A DNA stretch of 64,000 bases from a virus. Its lineage: Duplodnaviria > Heunggongvirae > Uroviricota > Caudoviricetes. Positions 44,379 through 56,273 of this stretch are shown in pieces. The stretch lies in IMG/VR virus record IMGVR_UViG_2654587772_000002; one strand, written 5' to 3'. Position 1 is the stretch's first letter. The number at the start of each line of letters is the position of its first letter. The position numbers and the translations under genes are program-made. The notes beneath the pieces are model-generated. The model had not been told where the DNA came from and searched no databases. It saw only the letters and a program-made list of their open reading frames with translations.

Positions 44379-44560
44379 ATTATTTTTAATCTTAAATGAT
44401 TGACAACTGACAAGTGACTTGAGTCAGAATCATCACACGCCCGGTACGGATGGATCCCTTTTCAAATATTCCATGGACGGCACAGTCTGAGTACCGGGCG
44501 CTACCTTCTGTTGTATTGCTAAGCCGCCGCTGGTGGCTTTTCTTTTTTATAGGGGGCGAT

Positions 44561-45205
44561 ATGGATAAGAAAATATGCGTTGTTTCGATGAGCGTCGGTA
44601 AACCGGCGTCAATGACTGCTGCATGGATCAACAACGAGCTGATAATGGCTGAGCGGACCAGCTACCCTGAACGCCGCCGCGATATGGAACTCCAGCTGCT
44701 GCGCGAATTGCGAGAAAAAGAGGAAAAGGGTTTTATCGTGCTGGTGGAAGAGGAAAACAGCTTTATTACCGGTCGAGTTGGCCAGCGTGTAAGGTTGCGC
44801 GATCCCTTCATGAACGGCAGGCCGGTACTAATTGAAGCAATGCAGATTTACAAGGAGCTGGAACGCCAGAAAGCGATCAAGTTACCGCGCAAGGAATCCG
44901 GCAAATACATCCTCCACCAAAGCATCTTCGATTCCGAACACGATAAAAAAGGCGATGAGTTTTTCAACATCAACTGGAGCGAAATAACGACAGAGCATGT
45001 TCTGACGTTGTTATGCTGCTTCGCAACAGAATACAACAACGTGGTAAGCGCAGACTACATCAGGACAATGACAGACACCGTTACTAAACAAGACAACGAA
45101 TATTCACCATATGAGCCATTTGTAAATATGATAAAAGCATTTTATCGGATGGAGCTCGCTAAAGTTCCTCAAGGTAAATTAACAGGTAAGGATAACATCT
45201 TTTAA
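44561..45205 (+). CDS. Hypothetical protein (214 aa)
   Basis: AGGGGG SD, ATG 44561. Confidence 0.45.
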   Translation: MDKKICVVSMSVGKPASMTAAWINNELIMAERTSYPERRRDMELQLLRELREKEEKGFIVLVEEENSFITGRVGQRVRLRDPFMNGRPVLIEAMQIYKELERQKAIKLPRKESGKYILHQSIFDSEHDKKGDEFFNINWSEITTEHVLTLLCCFATEYNNVVSADYIRTMTDTVTKQDNEYSPYEPFVNMIKAFYRMELAKVPQGKLTGKDNIF

Positions 45206-45258
45206 GCACAGTAATGAGGTGCTTAGATGTTAATATCAATATCCTAACTCTCTGCATC

Positions 45259-45948
45259 TCATAAATCTGATAGCCACTTACTATCTATGGACTCAATCTC
45301 CGTCAGCGGAATTGATGGGAAAAAATATCCCTGAGCGCCCCATAGCCCTATTCCTTTTGATAACTTATGACAATCAATGTTTTCGACGCCTTCAGCGATG
45401 ATATTCGGACATAACTTTTTTAAATTGCTAATAATGACATCAAAATGAGGCTTAATCATATGCTCTTGAAAAAATGACTTATCAAGTTTTATTGCATGGT
45501 ATTTATTTTTAATTAATGCTTTCATGGTGGCGTTACCACTTCCAAAATCATCAAGCCAAACATAGTCTGTCAAAGTCAGGAGAAAGGGTATAACGTAATC
45601 CTCATCGCTTAAATCAGGGTAGTTTTCTGATATCTCAAGAACTATAAATTTATTGTTTTTAATTAACTCTTGAGTTTGTTTATTACTGTATATATATATA
45701 CATGTATCATAATCTACATTAATAGAACATAGTATATTATGGCGTTCAAAAAAACACTTGTATTTCATTATTGTGTTAAGTTGTGATTTAAGTAAATTAA
45801 TCTTCATCTTATTGGTAAACATACCCAATACTCTTTGAGTAGGAAGAGCGACACCATCTTTGGAGCGAAATCTGCTTAACACTTCTACTGCAATCAACTT
45901 GTTCGTGCTCGTAGAAATGATTGGTTCTGCAATGTAGATAACTTCCAT
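45259..45948 (-). CDS. Stand-alone EAL-domain protein (c-di-GMP phosphodiesterase-like), AT-rich gene
   Basis: EVL(SRF), ENYP, DDFGSG, KLDKSF, EGVE motifs in EAL order. Confidence 0.75.
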   Translation of the reverse strand: MEVIYIAEPIISTSTNKLIAVEVLSRFRSKDGVALPTQRVLGMFTNKMKINLLKSQLNTIMKYKCFFERHNILCSINVDYDTCIYIYSNKQTQELIKNNKFIVLEISENYPDLSDEDYVIPFLLTLTDYVWLDDFGSGNATMKALIKNKYHAIKLDKSFFQEHMIKPHFDVIISNLKKLCPNIIAEGVENIDCHKLSKGIGLWGAQGYFFPSIPLTEIESIDSKWLSDL

Positions 45949-46184
45949 ATCCCCACCCTCAAGTTTTAAATTGCTTGATTTTGCTCAGATAACGAGCCCC
46001 CTATATTTACAAGAGTTACACTCTACTTTTGTAGATTAAATGTCAATTTATTTGTTTGTGATAATATTGAAAAATATCAATTAAAACAATCAAAAAATGT
46101 GACATAAATCAATAATTTTATTTTTACACAACTTCTTGATTTCTGAGCCTAGCTATCTCTATTCTTATTCAAAGCCTCTTTAGA

Positions 46185-46919
46185 ATGGTGGTGGCCATGT
46201 CAGCAGTTTGTTACTTCATACTCATAAAGAAACCTATAAGCTTTCAATTTCTTAAGGATTTCTTAATATTAAATTATGGTGATGTGTTGTTGCTTAAGCA
46301 TTCTGAGCATGAATGCTTAAAAATCTATTCAGACAAATATATAGAATTCGAACTCAATGATAATACCGTAAGAAACTATTTATCATGCAACAACAACCAT
46401 GGAAACCAATCGCTGGATAAGTGTCCGCATTTGCTAAAAAAGTCTTTTGCCTATCCTGATTTATTAATCAGGATGATCGATAATATAAGCGATCAAAATC
46501 ATATCCATTCTGATTTTAGGGAGGCAGTAACTTTTTCATTACTCTCAATTTTTAATGATGTTGATAACTTTAGAGCATTTCTTACGTCTGGTATGCCCAC
46601 TTTCTCAGGGAAAGTGCGCAGCATATTTCTTTCAGATGTATCTAAACACTGGAAACTAAGAGACCTAACCGATTATCTCTACATGAGTGAAAGCTTAATA
46701 AAGAAAAAACTATTATTGGAAAACACCTCCTTCAGTAAGTTATTACTTGATACACGGATGGCTTTTGCTATTAAATTACTAAAGCAAAATCATCCAGTCA
46801 AACAAGTATCAGAAAGCTGTGGCTTTAGTAGTACATCGTACTTTGTGTGCCTGTTCAGGCAATATTATAATTGCACGCCACGTGAATATGCAAAACATCA
46901 ATTATTATCTGGAAAATAA
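46185..46919 (+). CDS. AraC-family regulator of the AppY/EnvY/GadX/Rns type, AT-rich gene
   Basis: C-terminal HTH closely resembles E. coli AppY (WKLRDLTDYLYMSESLIKKKL...TRMAFAIKLL...SSTSYFVCLFRQYY). Confidence 0.75.
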   Translation: MVVAMSAVCYFILIKKPISFQFLKDFLILNYGDVLLLKHSEHECLKIYSDKYIEFELNDNTVRNYLSCNNNHGNQSLDKCPHLLKKSFAYPDLLIRMIDNISDQNHIHSDFREAVTFSLLSIFNDVDNFRAFLTSGMPTFSGKVRSIFLSDVSKHWKLRDLTDYLYMSESLIKKKLLLENTSFSKLLLDTRMAFAIKLLKQNHPVKQVSESCGFSSTSYFVCLFRQYYNCTPREYAKHQLLSGK

Positions 46920-46957
46920 GATGCATTTATCTCCCAGATAATATTGTAATATTAAAC

Positions 46958-47206
46958 TCAGTCAGCATTTAGTAGCAGAGCATTATCTATGATGATCTGC
47001 TCCCATTCTTCGAATGCCCGGTCACGGACGCCCTGGGGAACACTGTTTGTTTTGAAATCAACGACTGTCCGCCATTTCCCGTCCGGACGGTACATGCGCA
47101 GAGCTTTACTTCCCCCTTCCCTACGCACCTCAACGTTATGCTTGTCAGCAAACTCTTGTAATGCTCGTAGCGTCCCATGCTTTACTGTGTAGTATCGCTT
47201 TTTCAA
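46958..47206 (-). CDS. Small protein at lxc position (immT-like)
   Basis: 82-aa ORF downstream of ulx/darB on same strand. Confidence 0.5.
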   Translation of the reverse strand: MKKRYYTVKHGTLRALQEFADKHNVEVRREGGSKALRMYRPDGKWRTVVDFKTNSVPQGVRDRAFEEWEQIIIDNALLLNAD

Positions 47207-47643
47207 GTTTTCTCTCCAGCCTGTGCCAAGGCTTCAACTTCCAAATCGTAAGACTCAAACTCATAGTCCTGGTCGTCAACTTCTTCAGGCACTGGCAGTA
47301 AATGCCAGGCTGAGTATATCTGACCATTATCAAAACGCTCCTGGCTGTAGAGCGTCGCAGCTATGAGCGTCAGCGCCGGGCGGTCATAACGGTAAATTTT
47401 GCGAACGTCACGGTCAACGAGACGACCGAAATTACCATAACCGCGCTCCAGTAATAATTTTTTAATTTCCGGCCAGTATGGGCCATAGCTGCGGTACAGG
47501 CGGGGATTTTTCAGTAATCGCCCGCGTAGCCCTGACAGGAAGAAATCAACGTATTCGTCTTCTGTCTTTCCTAACAACGCTGTACGGAGTACCGCCTCAA
47601 GATATGTTTTATTCGGTTTTATTGTATCAGATAGTGTGGCCAT
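47203..47643 (-). CDS. Protein at ulx position (between darB and lxc)
   Basis: 146-aa ORF, ATGA-type overlap with downstream gene. Confidence 0.5.
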   Translation of the reverse strand: MATLSDTIKPNKTYLEAVLRTALLGKTEDEYVDFFLSGLRGRLLKNPRLYRSYGPYWPEIKKLLLERGYGNFGRLVDRDVRKIYRYDRPALTLIAATLYSQERFDNGQIYSAWHLLPVPEEVDDQDYEFESYDLEVEALAQAGEKT

Positions 47644-47676
47644 ATTATGCGACGCCCGGCGAACCGGGCGCTCCTG

Positions 47677-50600
47677 TTATGCGTATTGTTGGATGACGGC
47701 CAGAACGTCCGCCACGTTGTGTTTTGTCTCGATAATCCACCAGTTACCCGGGAAATCGCTGTTCTTCGCCTTCGCTGGCAGCCAGCGAGCGCCGAATTTC
47801 GCCTTGATTGCGTCTTTCGCACGGAAAAGAACGCCTTTCATGCCTGAGGCTTCCTGAAGCCCAAATACCTCGCCAGCGGCGAATTTTGGTGCGTACATCA
47901 TCTTCAGGTCGGCGGTGGATACGCGATAATTCAGACCTAGAGACTGAGCTATGCTGGTGGCATCACCCTGTATTGATGATAACTCTTCTTGTTTCTCGTT
48001 TCTGGCGGCAATCTCTTCCTCCGTGATGTTGCCAAGGGCCAGGTTTATCCGATCAGCGTCGGCCTGTTTCTCTTCATCGGTGCGCCCGGCAAGAACCGTG
48101 TTAATTCTCTGCAATATCTCCACATGATTCTTGCGCATGCTGAGCAATTCCGGCGTAACCTCGTTAAGATCCACCAGCCCAAGGATGGCAAGGTCGGAAA
48201 ACATTGATACCAGGTTGTAGGTCATGCGATAGCTGAGTTGACCATAGGCTGATGGCAACTTCACCGCATCCATTTGATAGGCATCCATAAATTTAGAGCC
48301 GTCGTTTACGACATCCGCTATTGCAGGTGTGATTTTCCCTGTGGTGGCGGCCTCCCTGATTGCTGTTACCCACGATTGAGTCAGCGCGGCGACTGCATGA
48401 TTCAGATTGGCTTCCCGTTCTGCTGCGATGCGCGCGCTTGCTGCGTCCATTGCCTGCTTGATCTCGGCTTTATTGCTGTAAATGCCAATGGTGCCAAACT
48501 GTGCTGTGGTGATCTCATAATCTGACGCCCGGAACTCATTGGTACCGAAAATGGCATTGGTGACTTCAAGTTCAGAATCCCCGTTACGAGTAGCCCCCTG
48601 GCTTGTTTTTTCCGGCATTCTGGCGATCGCATCCGCTATTTTCTCCTGAATTGCTTCAGGGGATAGCGTATCTCCGTATGACGCGATTACATCGCCATAA
48701 TTGGAGCCAAACAATTCAACCAGGAATGTTTCTGCCGAACGGATCTGGCGGTTATTCCCTTCCGACATCATACCAAGCACCCATTTTGCAATTGACGACT
48801 TCAGCGCGACGTCACGGCGATCCGGGTAAACCGCATGCTTCAGTGGGTCCGTATAGGTACCAACAAAATCAATGCTATAGCCTGACTCTGTAGTCTGAAC
48901 GCCGTATGAGTCAGTGATTTTGATCATGCCGCGCTGCTGGAAACGGTAGAAATCGTCACAGGAAATGATGTCGTTAATCCCGGCGATGGAGACGCCGCCA
49001 CTGATTTTCTGCATAACAGCATCTTCATCGGGAGTTACATCAACCTGTTTATCCAGCGTCTTCACATCCCAGTTACCCGATTTGGTACCTTTGAAGGTAA
49101 AGATAATCTCCACGTCTGCGCGCAGGCTGTCGAAGTCCAGCGACTTAATGCGAACGATATCACCGGCACAATCGTAGTATTGGCCTACACGCCATGAGCG
49201 ATCGCCGATAATAAGGAACTCACTCGCATGGTTAACCAGGTCAGGATCAACATCCAGAATGCCTTTATTTATTGCATCCTCCACCAGCGGGCGCAGGCGT
49301 TTGATATCCGTCGCGGCCTTCTGAGTACGGTTCAATAATTTCTCATAGCGGGAGATGGCTTGAGAGATATTAGCCTTGCGCTGAATGGCGCTTTTCAACG
49401 ACGCGCGATACTGTGCTAACAACGTACGGTCTGTGTGATGGACGCTACCCCAGCGGGCTTTCCAGTCTGCGTTATCAGCTGCTTTGGCCATTACCGCCTG
49501 TTTGAATTTGGCGACGTCGGCGGTGGTCTTTTCAAGTTCCGCTTTGCTTCGCTCTAATTCAGCGGTAAGCACCTCCACATCCTCACCAGCTGCGTGCTGC
49601 GCCTTGATGTAGTTCTGAAGGTCGATAGTAGCCTGTTCTTTCTGGCGAGCGCGTTGCGCGGCTTTCGCCTTATCCATTTGAACCTGCATCATTGCCAGAC
49701 GTTCGCCATCATCCTTAGCGGTATACATCTGCATTTCGATCATATCGTTGGCGTCGGCGTTCTCCATTTCTGACTTATCTGAACGGAGGATATCGGAGAT
49801 CCAACCTGCTTTACGCTTCAGCGTCTTCAGTCGGTATTCATCGAAAGAACCCTTGCCGCAGTAGTAGTGAACGCGAACGCTTGCACGGTTGGAACCAACT
49901 CGGGCACCGCGACCGTTACGCTGTGCGATACTGGCTGGTGTCCATGGCAACGTCAGATGATGGATGTCAGTCGTTCCTCGATGCAGGTTGATACCCACCT
50001 CTGCCTTTTTGTTGCAGATGATGATCGGAGTCCGGCCCTCCTGGAAGTCGGCTGCAATCTTTTCCAGACCGCCCAACGACATTTCATTTTGCTGCGCGAT
50101 ATAGGCGTCATACAGAGCTATTTGCTCGTTGTATTTCGCTATCTGTGCATCTGTTGGTTCATCCGGTAACTCTTTCGGCGGTTTAACCGCTTTCAGTTTC
50201 TTACCGGTTTTACCTGCCTCGGCAACCGTCTGAGCATTCAGGATCCCCACCTTTGAAGGTTCAAGGTTAAGAGCATTGCAGATAATGCGCTTGAGCTTCT
50301 GGTGTTGCGTTTTTTCATCGGTGAAGATGATTTGCTTACCTTCTGGGAAAAACTCCTTCAGCGTGGCAATCAGCTTCGCGTATTTGGGCGTAACGGGGTG
50401 AGTTACGGTCTGTTCGTCAATGCCAAACTTGGCCAGGCGCTTATTCACTTCCTGCTCAAATGCTTCCGGTACCTGCAACTGAATAAACTCGCCCTTATCT
50501 ATCAGGGAGTATTGCGATTGCTGCGTGATTGAATCATCACTGTCGTCGTCTTCGCTGGTGGCTTGTTTGGGCAAACTGTCCGCCAGCTGCTGCACCGCAT

Positions 50601-53600
50601 CGGCGTACTCCGGCAGGAAACGATAGGTGATCCGGCGATAGTACAGGTCCATGTCAGTACATACGCGGTCCATATCCCTGATTATTGAGAAGATCGGACG
50701 GGCTTTCTCGTGCTCAATCACGCCGTCTTCATTGACCGAGGTCATTACGCCATTGTTGGCTTTGGCCGCCGCTTCCGCCTGCTGACGCAATTCTTCATAC
50801 GCCGCCAGTTGTTCTTCAGTAAGTGGTGCATCCTGCTGGTGTTCGTCCAGCTCCGGGATCTCCACGGTATCCTTAACGTCTTCCGCCGTTTTAAGCGTTA
50901 CCCAGCGATGGAATATACCGCGCAGCGCATCAAGGTTTTCAAAGCCCACCAGCGCCATTTTTTCTTCAACTTCACCGCTGATTTTCTGTACCGTTTCCAG
51001 CCTGGTCTTGCCGAAGAATTTAACGAAGTCATCAGGACCGTAGATCCCCATCTTCTGCCAGTATTCCTTCGGCAGAACATGAGAAAGCATGTTGTATGCA
51101 TCGATCGGGGTGTTAACGACTGGCGTTGCAGTCAGGAGAACCGGCCCGCGCCCGCCATTCTTTTTCATCAGGTACGCGTTTTTAATTGCCATATCTCGCG
51201 CCGATTGCGCCACCGCGCTGGTGGGCAGATAGGCCAGCTGTGACGCTTCGCGACCATTTTTATAGCTATTGCGGTAGTTGTGGCCTTCGTCAGCAATCAC
51301 GCTGTCGAAGCCCATATCCTCAAAGTACGGATACTTCTCTGCTTTTTCGGTACCGGTATCTGAATACTCCGACAATACCCGGCGACGCGCCGCCTCTTTG
51401 CGATGGGAATCGGAGTCCATTGCGCTGGCCACACGCCTGGCAGCAACGAAGTCATAAAGCATGTCTTGTGCATGCTCATCTACGGTGTCATCACGTAGCG
51501 GAATGCGGGCGTATTGTTCTTTGGTAAACACGACTGCACGGTAGTTTGAGTGCGGGATCGCGTTCATCCGCGCCGTGATAGTGGCTTCATCTGCCAGTTT
51601 AAGGGCATCGCGCATAACGGGAGTGCCATCTGCACCAACGACAGGTTTACCGTTCTCATCGAGCACCGGCACCTGGCGAATCTGATCGCCATCCATCAGC
51701 ACATCAAGACCGACGAACAGGTAGTTACTGAATGCCTCTTCACTCAGGAACTCTTTTGCTTCGTAATACCAGTTTTCCAGCACTGCTTTAGGCACTACAT
51801 AAGCAGTACGGGTGGAGCGACCGTTCTCATAGTTGAACGCCTCAAGCGCCAGCGCGGTCGTCGTTTTACCCAGCCCGGTGCCGAAGCCCAGGATGCCGCG
51901 CCCATCTTCGGACAGTCGGCGCACCTCGCTATTCTGGTAATCAAATGGCTGGCGCTTACCGCTTAATCCCTTCAACCCAAGCGGATCGCCAGAGTGTTCA
52001 TACGGGATATTGCTATTGAACACATCGTTGTATTTGGCAACCAACTCATCGTAGCGATCGTGCGTCTTGATCCACTTATTGAACTGGTCCTCAAGCAGTG
52101 CCATCTGCTCGCGGTAGCCGTTCGCCGTCGCGCTATCTTTGCCACCGATACGCGCACCATTGAGATACTTTTCCAGCTGTGCCGGGAACCCGGTCGCGTT
52201 TTCACCTGATTTACGGTCCCACTCGTAGCGGATCTCGCCTGTTTCTTTATCCTTGCGCTGGACGACACCGTATCGGTGCCCTACGAACAGGCCATCACCA
52301 CCGTGATAGGTGTCAGAAACCATTTCGTCGCCTTCCAGCTGCACTGACTGCACATAGCGCAGATCCGGATAGCCGTTTTCCTGCAAAAATTCCAGAATGA
52401 CGGAACGGTCGAACCAACGGCTATTGAGCTTAAACCGGATATTCTCTGCTGGCGTCTTGATGCGCTTCTCTTCGATCGCTGCCAGCTGATTAAGGACGTT
52501 GTTCTTTACTGGACCGTCGGGGAGCGTGGCGAGGAATTCCTGTTTTGGAGCCACTATCTCGTTAATGTCGCCGCTGGTGGCGCGGGCAAACGGAACAATC
52601 CCGCCATACGGTGAAACCGCAATACCAGGGGTGCTGGCCAATAAATTAAGCAACTCGTCATCACTGGCTGGCAGTTCGCCGGTAAACGCAAGGCGGAAAT
52701 CATCGAGCTGGATTGGATCGCGGGTAAGATCGCTATAGAGATAACGCAGGGTGTCCTGATAGCTGTTGGAGTCATAACTGGCGCTGGAGTCATGCGTAAC
52801 CAGCTTTCCTGTCAGCTCGTCTGAAATAGAGCCATCCAGCTTAATCGCACCACGGAAAGCAAACCAGGCGCGCGCACCGCTCCCCGACAATTTCGCTATA
52901 GGACCGCGACCAGGATTACCAAAGCGGTCAATCTCTGCCTGCAAACGGGATACCAGAGAAAGGCGCTGCTGTTCGATTTGTTCAGCACTATGCCCGGCGG
53001 CCTTCATATCCTGATATTCAATTAACATCCGGCCAATCATCGCCCCGCGATACAAGCGTTCACGGTATTTTTCAGGCTGGCTGTTAATCCAGTCCACCAG
53101 CTGCACCATATCGTCGCTGATTGATGTGGTGTACTTATCGCGGACATTTGCCATCTGGGTAAATGTCATGCCGAGACGGCCTTCTGTTGTAGTCAGGTTA
53201 CGCTGAAGAGCCTCCCAGCTATCCGCGCCATAACTGGCAGCATCGATCTTAAGTTCCTTCCCGGCATCAGCTTCAATCCAGCGACCACCAGCATATTTTT
53301 GCCATACGCCATTAATCAGGCGCATTTCCCCTTCACCAACAACGTCTGCGGTCGGTGACGGTTCAGCCATATCGAGCAAAGACCAGTCGATACGGCTTTC
53401 GAAACGATGAATCAGCTTCGCTTTAAGAGCCTGGTTATCAATCTGACCGTCGGCACGAACCTCAATACGCCCCTGGAAGCCCTTTTCCTGGGTGCCATGA
53501 ACAAACCGGCGGCCATCCTTTTCAAACCACTTGCCAGAAATAAACGTTGGCCAAAGCACATTTGCCGATTCAAGAGTGCTTTCATCCACCAGGGGGATTT

Positions 53601-54444
53601 TCTCAGCCATCTCTGCCGGATGTTTGCGCATCAGCACCACATCAACGACTGTACTGGTCCCGTTTGCGTCAAAAGTACCGGTAGGCAAGCGGTGAGCGCC
53701 AAGAAATTCAGCTTTACGGGATAAGCGCAGGCGTAACCGCTTCATGTTTGAACCTGAAACAATGGACGGCGGCACAATCACGCACATGAATCCGCCTGGC
53801 TTTATCTTGTCCAGCATGCGGAGCATGAAGTAAGAACCCATGTCCGTTTCTTCTGCGTAAGGCTTATCGATGTTGCGTGTGTTATCACGACCGCCGAACG
53901 GAACGTTACCCACAACATGGTCGAATGAATCGTTAGGCGTGCTTATAGCCAGCTGTTCGAACGGGGAAATCTGTACGCTGTCTTCCGGGTGTAACAACTG
54001 GTTTATACGACCGGAAACACTGCTGATCTCAGTCGCGGTCATCACCGTACCAACCGGTTTTGTCTCATTAAAAACGCCGGTTCCCGCCGATGGTTCCAGA
54101 GTGTTACCTACGTCCGCGCCGTAGAGCTTCATGATCTCCCAGACACCTTCAGCGATCGGCTTTGGTGTGTAATATTCGGAGACGGACCCGCCAATGCCGC
54201 CTTCACCGGTGTACCCAGCCAGGATCTGGCGCTGTTCATCTGTCAGTGTCGCGCCGTCCACCAGCGAATTAAGCAAATCTATCGCCTTCTGATTCGCCTC
54301 CCGGCGCAGTCGGTCATAGCTTTTGCCTTCCACCTTTTCCACGCCGTATTTAATCGGCGCTCGGTGAGATGTTATTGCCCTAATGTATTTCAATATTTCG
54401 CTGACACTTGAACAGCAAAACACCCCCATAAATAGCTTGTTCAT
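47677..54444 (-). CDS. darB: DarB-like giant antirestriction protein (N-terminal MTase-like + DExH helicase domains)
   Basis: 2255 aa; GNVPFGG (NPPF-like), GFGTGLGKT Walker A, DEGHNYRN DExH box. Confidence 0.85.
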   Translation of the reverse strand: MNKLFMGVFCCSSVSEILKYIRAITSHRAPIKYGVEKVEGKSYDRLRREANQKAIDLLNSLVDGATLTDEQRQILAGYTGEGGIGGSVSEYYTPKPIAEGVWEIMKLYGADVGNTLEPSAGTGVFNETKPVGTVMTATEISSVSGRINQLLHPEDSVQISPFEQLAISTPNDSFDHVVGNVPFGGRDNTRNIDKPYAEETDMGSYFMLRMLDKIKPGGFMCVIVPPSIVSGSNMKRLRLRLSRKAEFLGAHRLPTGTFDANGTSTVVDVVLMRKHPAEMAEKIPLVDESTLESANVLWPTFISGKWFEKDGRRFVHGTQEKGFQGRIEVRADGQIDNQALKAKLIHRFESRIDWSLLDMAEPSPTADVVGEGEMRLINGVWQKYAGGRWIEADAGKELKIDAASYGADSWEALQRNLTTTEGRLGMTFTQMANVRDKYTTSISDDMVQLVDWINSQPEKYRERLYRGAMIGRMLIEYQDMKAAGHSAEQIEQQRLSLVSRLQAEIDRFGNPGRGPIAKLSGSGARAWFAFRGAIKLDGSISDELTGKLVTHDSSASYDSNSYQDTLRYLYSDLTRDPIQLDDFRLAFTGELPASDDELLNLLASTPGIAVSPYGGIVPFARATSGDINEIVAPKQEFLATLPDGPVKNNVLNQLAAIEEKRIKTPAENIRFKLNSRWFDRSVILEFLQENGYPDLRYVQSVQLEGDEMVSDTYHGGDGLFVGHRYGVVQRKDKETGEIRYEWDRKSGENATGFPAQLEKYLNGARIGGKDSATANGYREQMALLEDQFNKWIKTHDRYDELVAKYNDVFNSNIPYEHSGDPLGLKGLSGKRQPFDYQNSEVRRLSEDGRGILGFGTGLGKTTTALALEAFNYENGRSTRTAYVVPKAVLENWYYEAKEFLSEEAFSNYLFVGLDVLMDGDQIRQVPVLDENGKPVVGADGTPVMRDALKLADEATITARMNAIPHSNYRAVVFTKEQYARIPLRDDTVDEHAQDMLYDFVAARRVASAMDSDSHRKEAARRRVLSEYSDTGTEKAEKYPYFEDMGFDSVIADEGHNYRNSYKNGREASQLAYLPTSAVAQSARDMAIKNAYLMKKNGGRGPVLLTATPVVNTPIDAYNMLSHVLPKEYWQKMGIYGPDDFVKFFGKTRLETVQKISGEVEEKMALVGFENLDALRGIFHRWVTLKTAEDVKDTVEIPELDEHQQDAPLTEEQLAAYEELRQQAEAAAKANNGVMTSVNEDGVIEHEKARPIFSIIRDMDRVCTDMDLYYRRITYRFLPEYADAVQQLADSLPKQATSEDDDSDDSITQQSQYSLIDKGEFIQLQVPEAFEQEVNKRLAKFGIDEQTVTHPVTPKYAKLIATLKEFFPEGKQIIFTDEKTQHQKLKRIICNALNLEPSKVGILNAQTVAEAGKTGKKLKAVKPPKELPDEPTDAQIAKYNEQIALYDAYIAQQNEMSLGGLEKIAADFQEGRTPIIICNKKAEVGINLHRGTTDIHHLTLPWTPASIAQRNGRGARVGSNRASVRVHYYCGKGSFDEYRLKTLKRKAGWISDILRSDKSEMENADANDMIEMQMYTAKDDGERLAMMQVQMDKAKAAQRARQKEQATIDLQNYIKAQHAAGEDVEVLTAELERSKAELEKTTADVAKFKQAVMAKAADNADWKARWGSVHHTDRTLLAQYRASLKSAIQRKANISQAISRYEKLLNRTQKAATDIKRLRPLVEDAINKGILDVDPDLVNHASEFLIIGDRSWRVGQYYDCAGDIVRIKSLDFDSLRADVEIIFTFKGTKSGNWDVKTLDKQVDVTPDEDAVMQKISGGVSIAGINDIISCDDFYRFQQRGMIKITDSYGVQTTESGYSIDFVGTYTDPLKHAVYPDRRDVALKSSIAKWVLGMMSEGNNRQIRSAETFLVELFGSNYGDVIASYGDTLSPEAIQEKIADAIARMPEKTSQGATRNGDSELEVTNAIFGTNEFRASDYEITTAQFGTIGIYSNKAEIKQAMDAASARIAAEREANLNHAVAALTQSWVTAIREAATTGKITPAIADVVNDGSKFMDAYQMDAVKLPSAYGQLSYRMTYNLVSMFSDLAILGLVDLNEVTPELLSMRKNHVEILQRINTVLAGRTDEEKQADADRINLALGNITEEEIAARNEKQEELSSIQGDATSIAQSLGLNYRVSTADLKMMYAPKFAAGEVFGLQEASGMKGVLFRAKDAIKAKFGARWLPAKAKNSDFPGNWWIIETKHNVADVLAVIQQYA

Positions 54445-54455
54445 TGGTAATCCTT

Positions 54456-54476
54456 AACAAGTGACTAGTGTTAAAT
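54456..54476 (+). promoter_or_regulatory. Candidate late promoter upstream of prt (AACAAGTGACTAGTG + TTAAAT)
   Basis: Conserved motif shared with 17950 and 59472 sites. Confidence 0.45.
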
Positions 54477-54510
54477 TCCGTTCAAACACGATGCGAATTA
54501 TTCTAATTAA

Positions 54511-56241
<1,731 letters not shown>

Positions 56242-56273
56242 ACGGCAAACATTCCCAATTCACAGAGTCCGAC

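Noticed and set aside
50710-53724. Numerous 60-180-aa ORFs on the plus strand inside darB
   Set aside because: All embedded antisense or out of frame within a 2255-aa gene with clear helicase/MTase motifs
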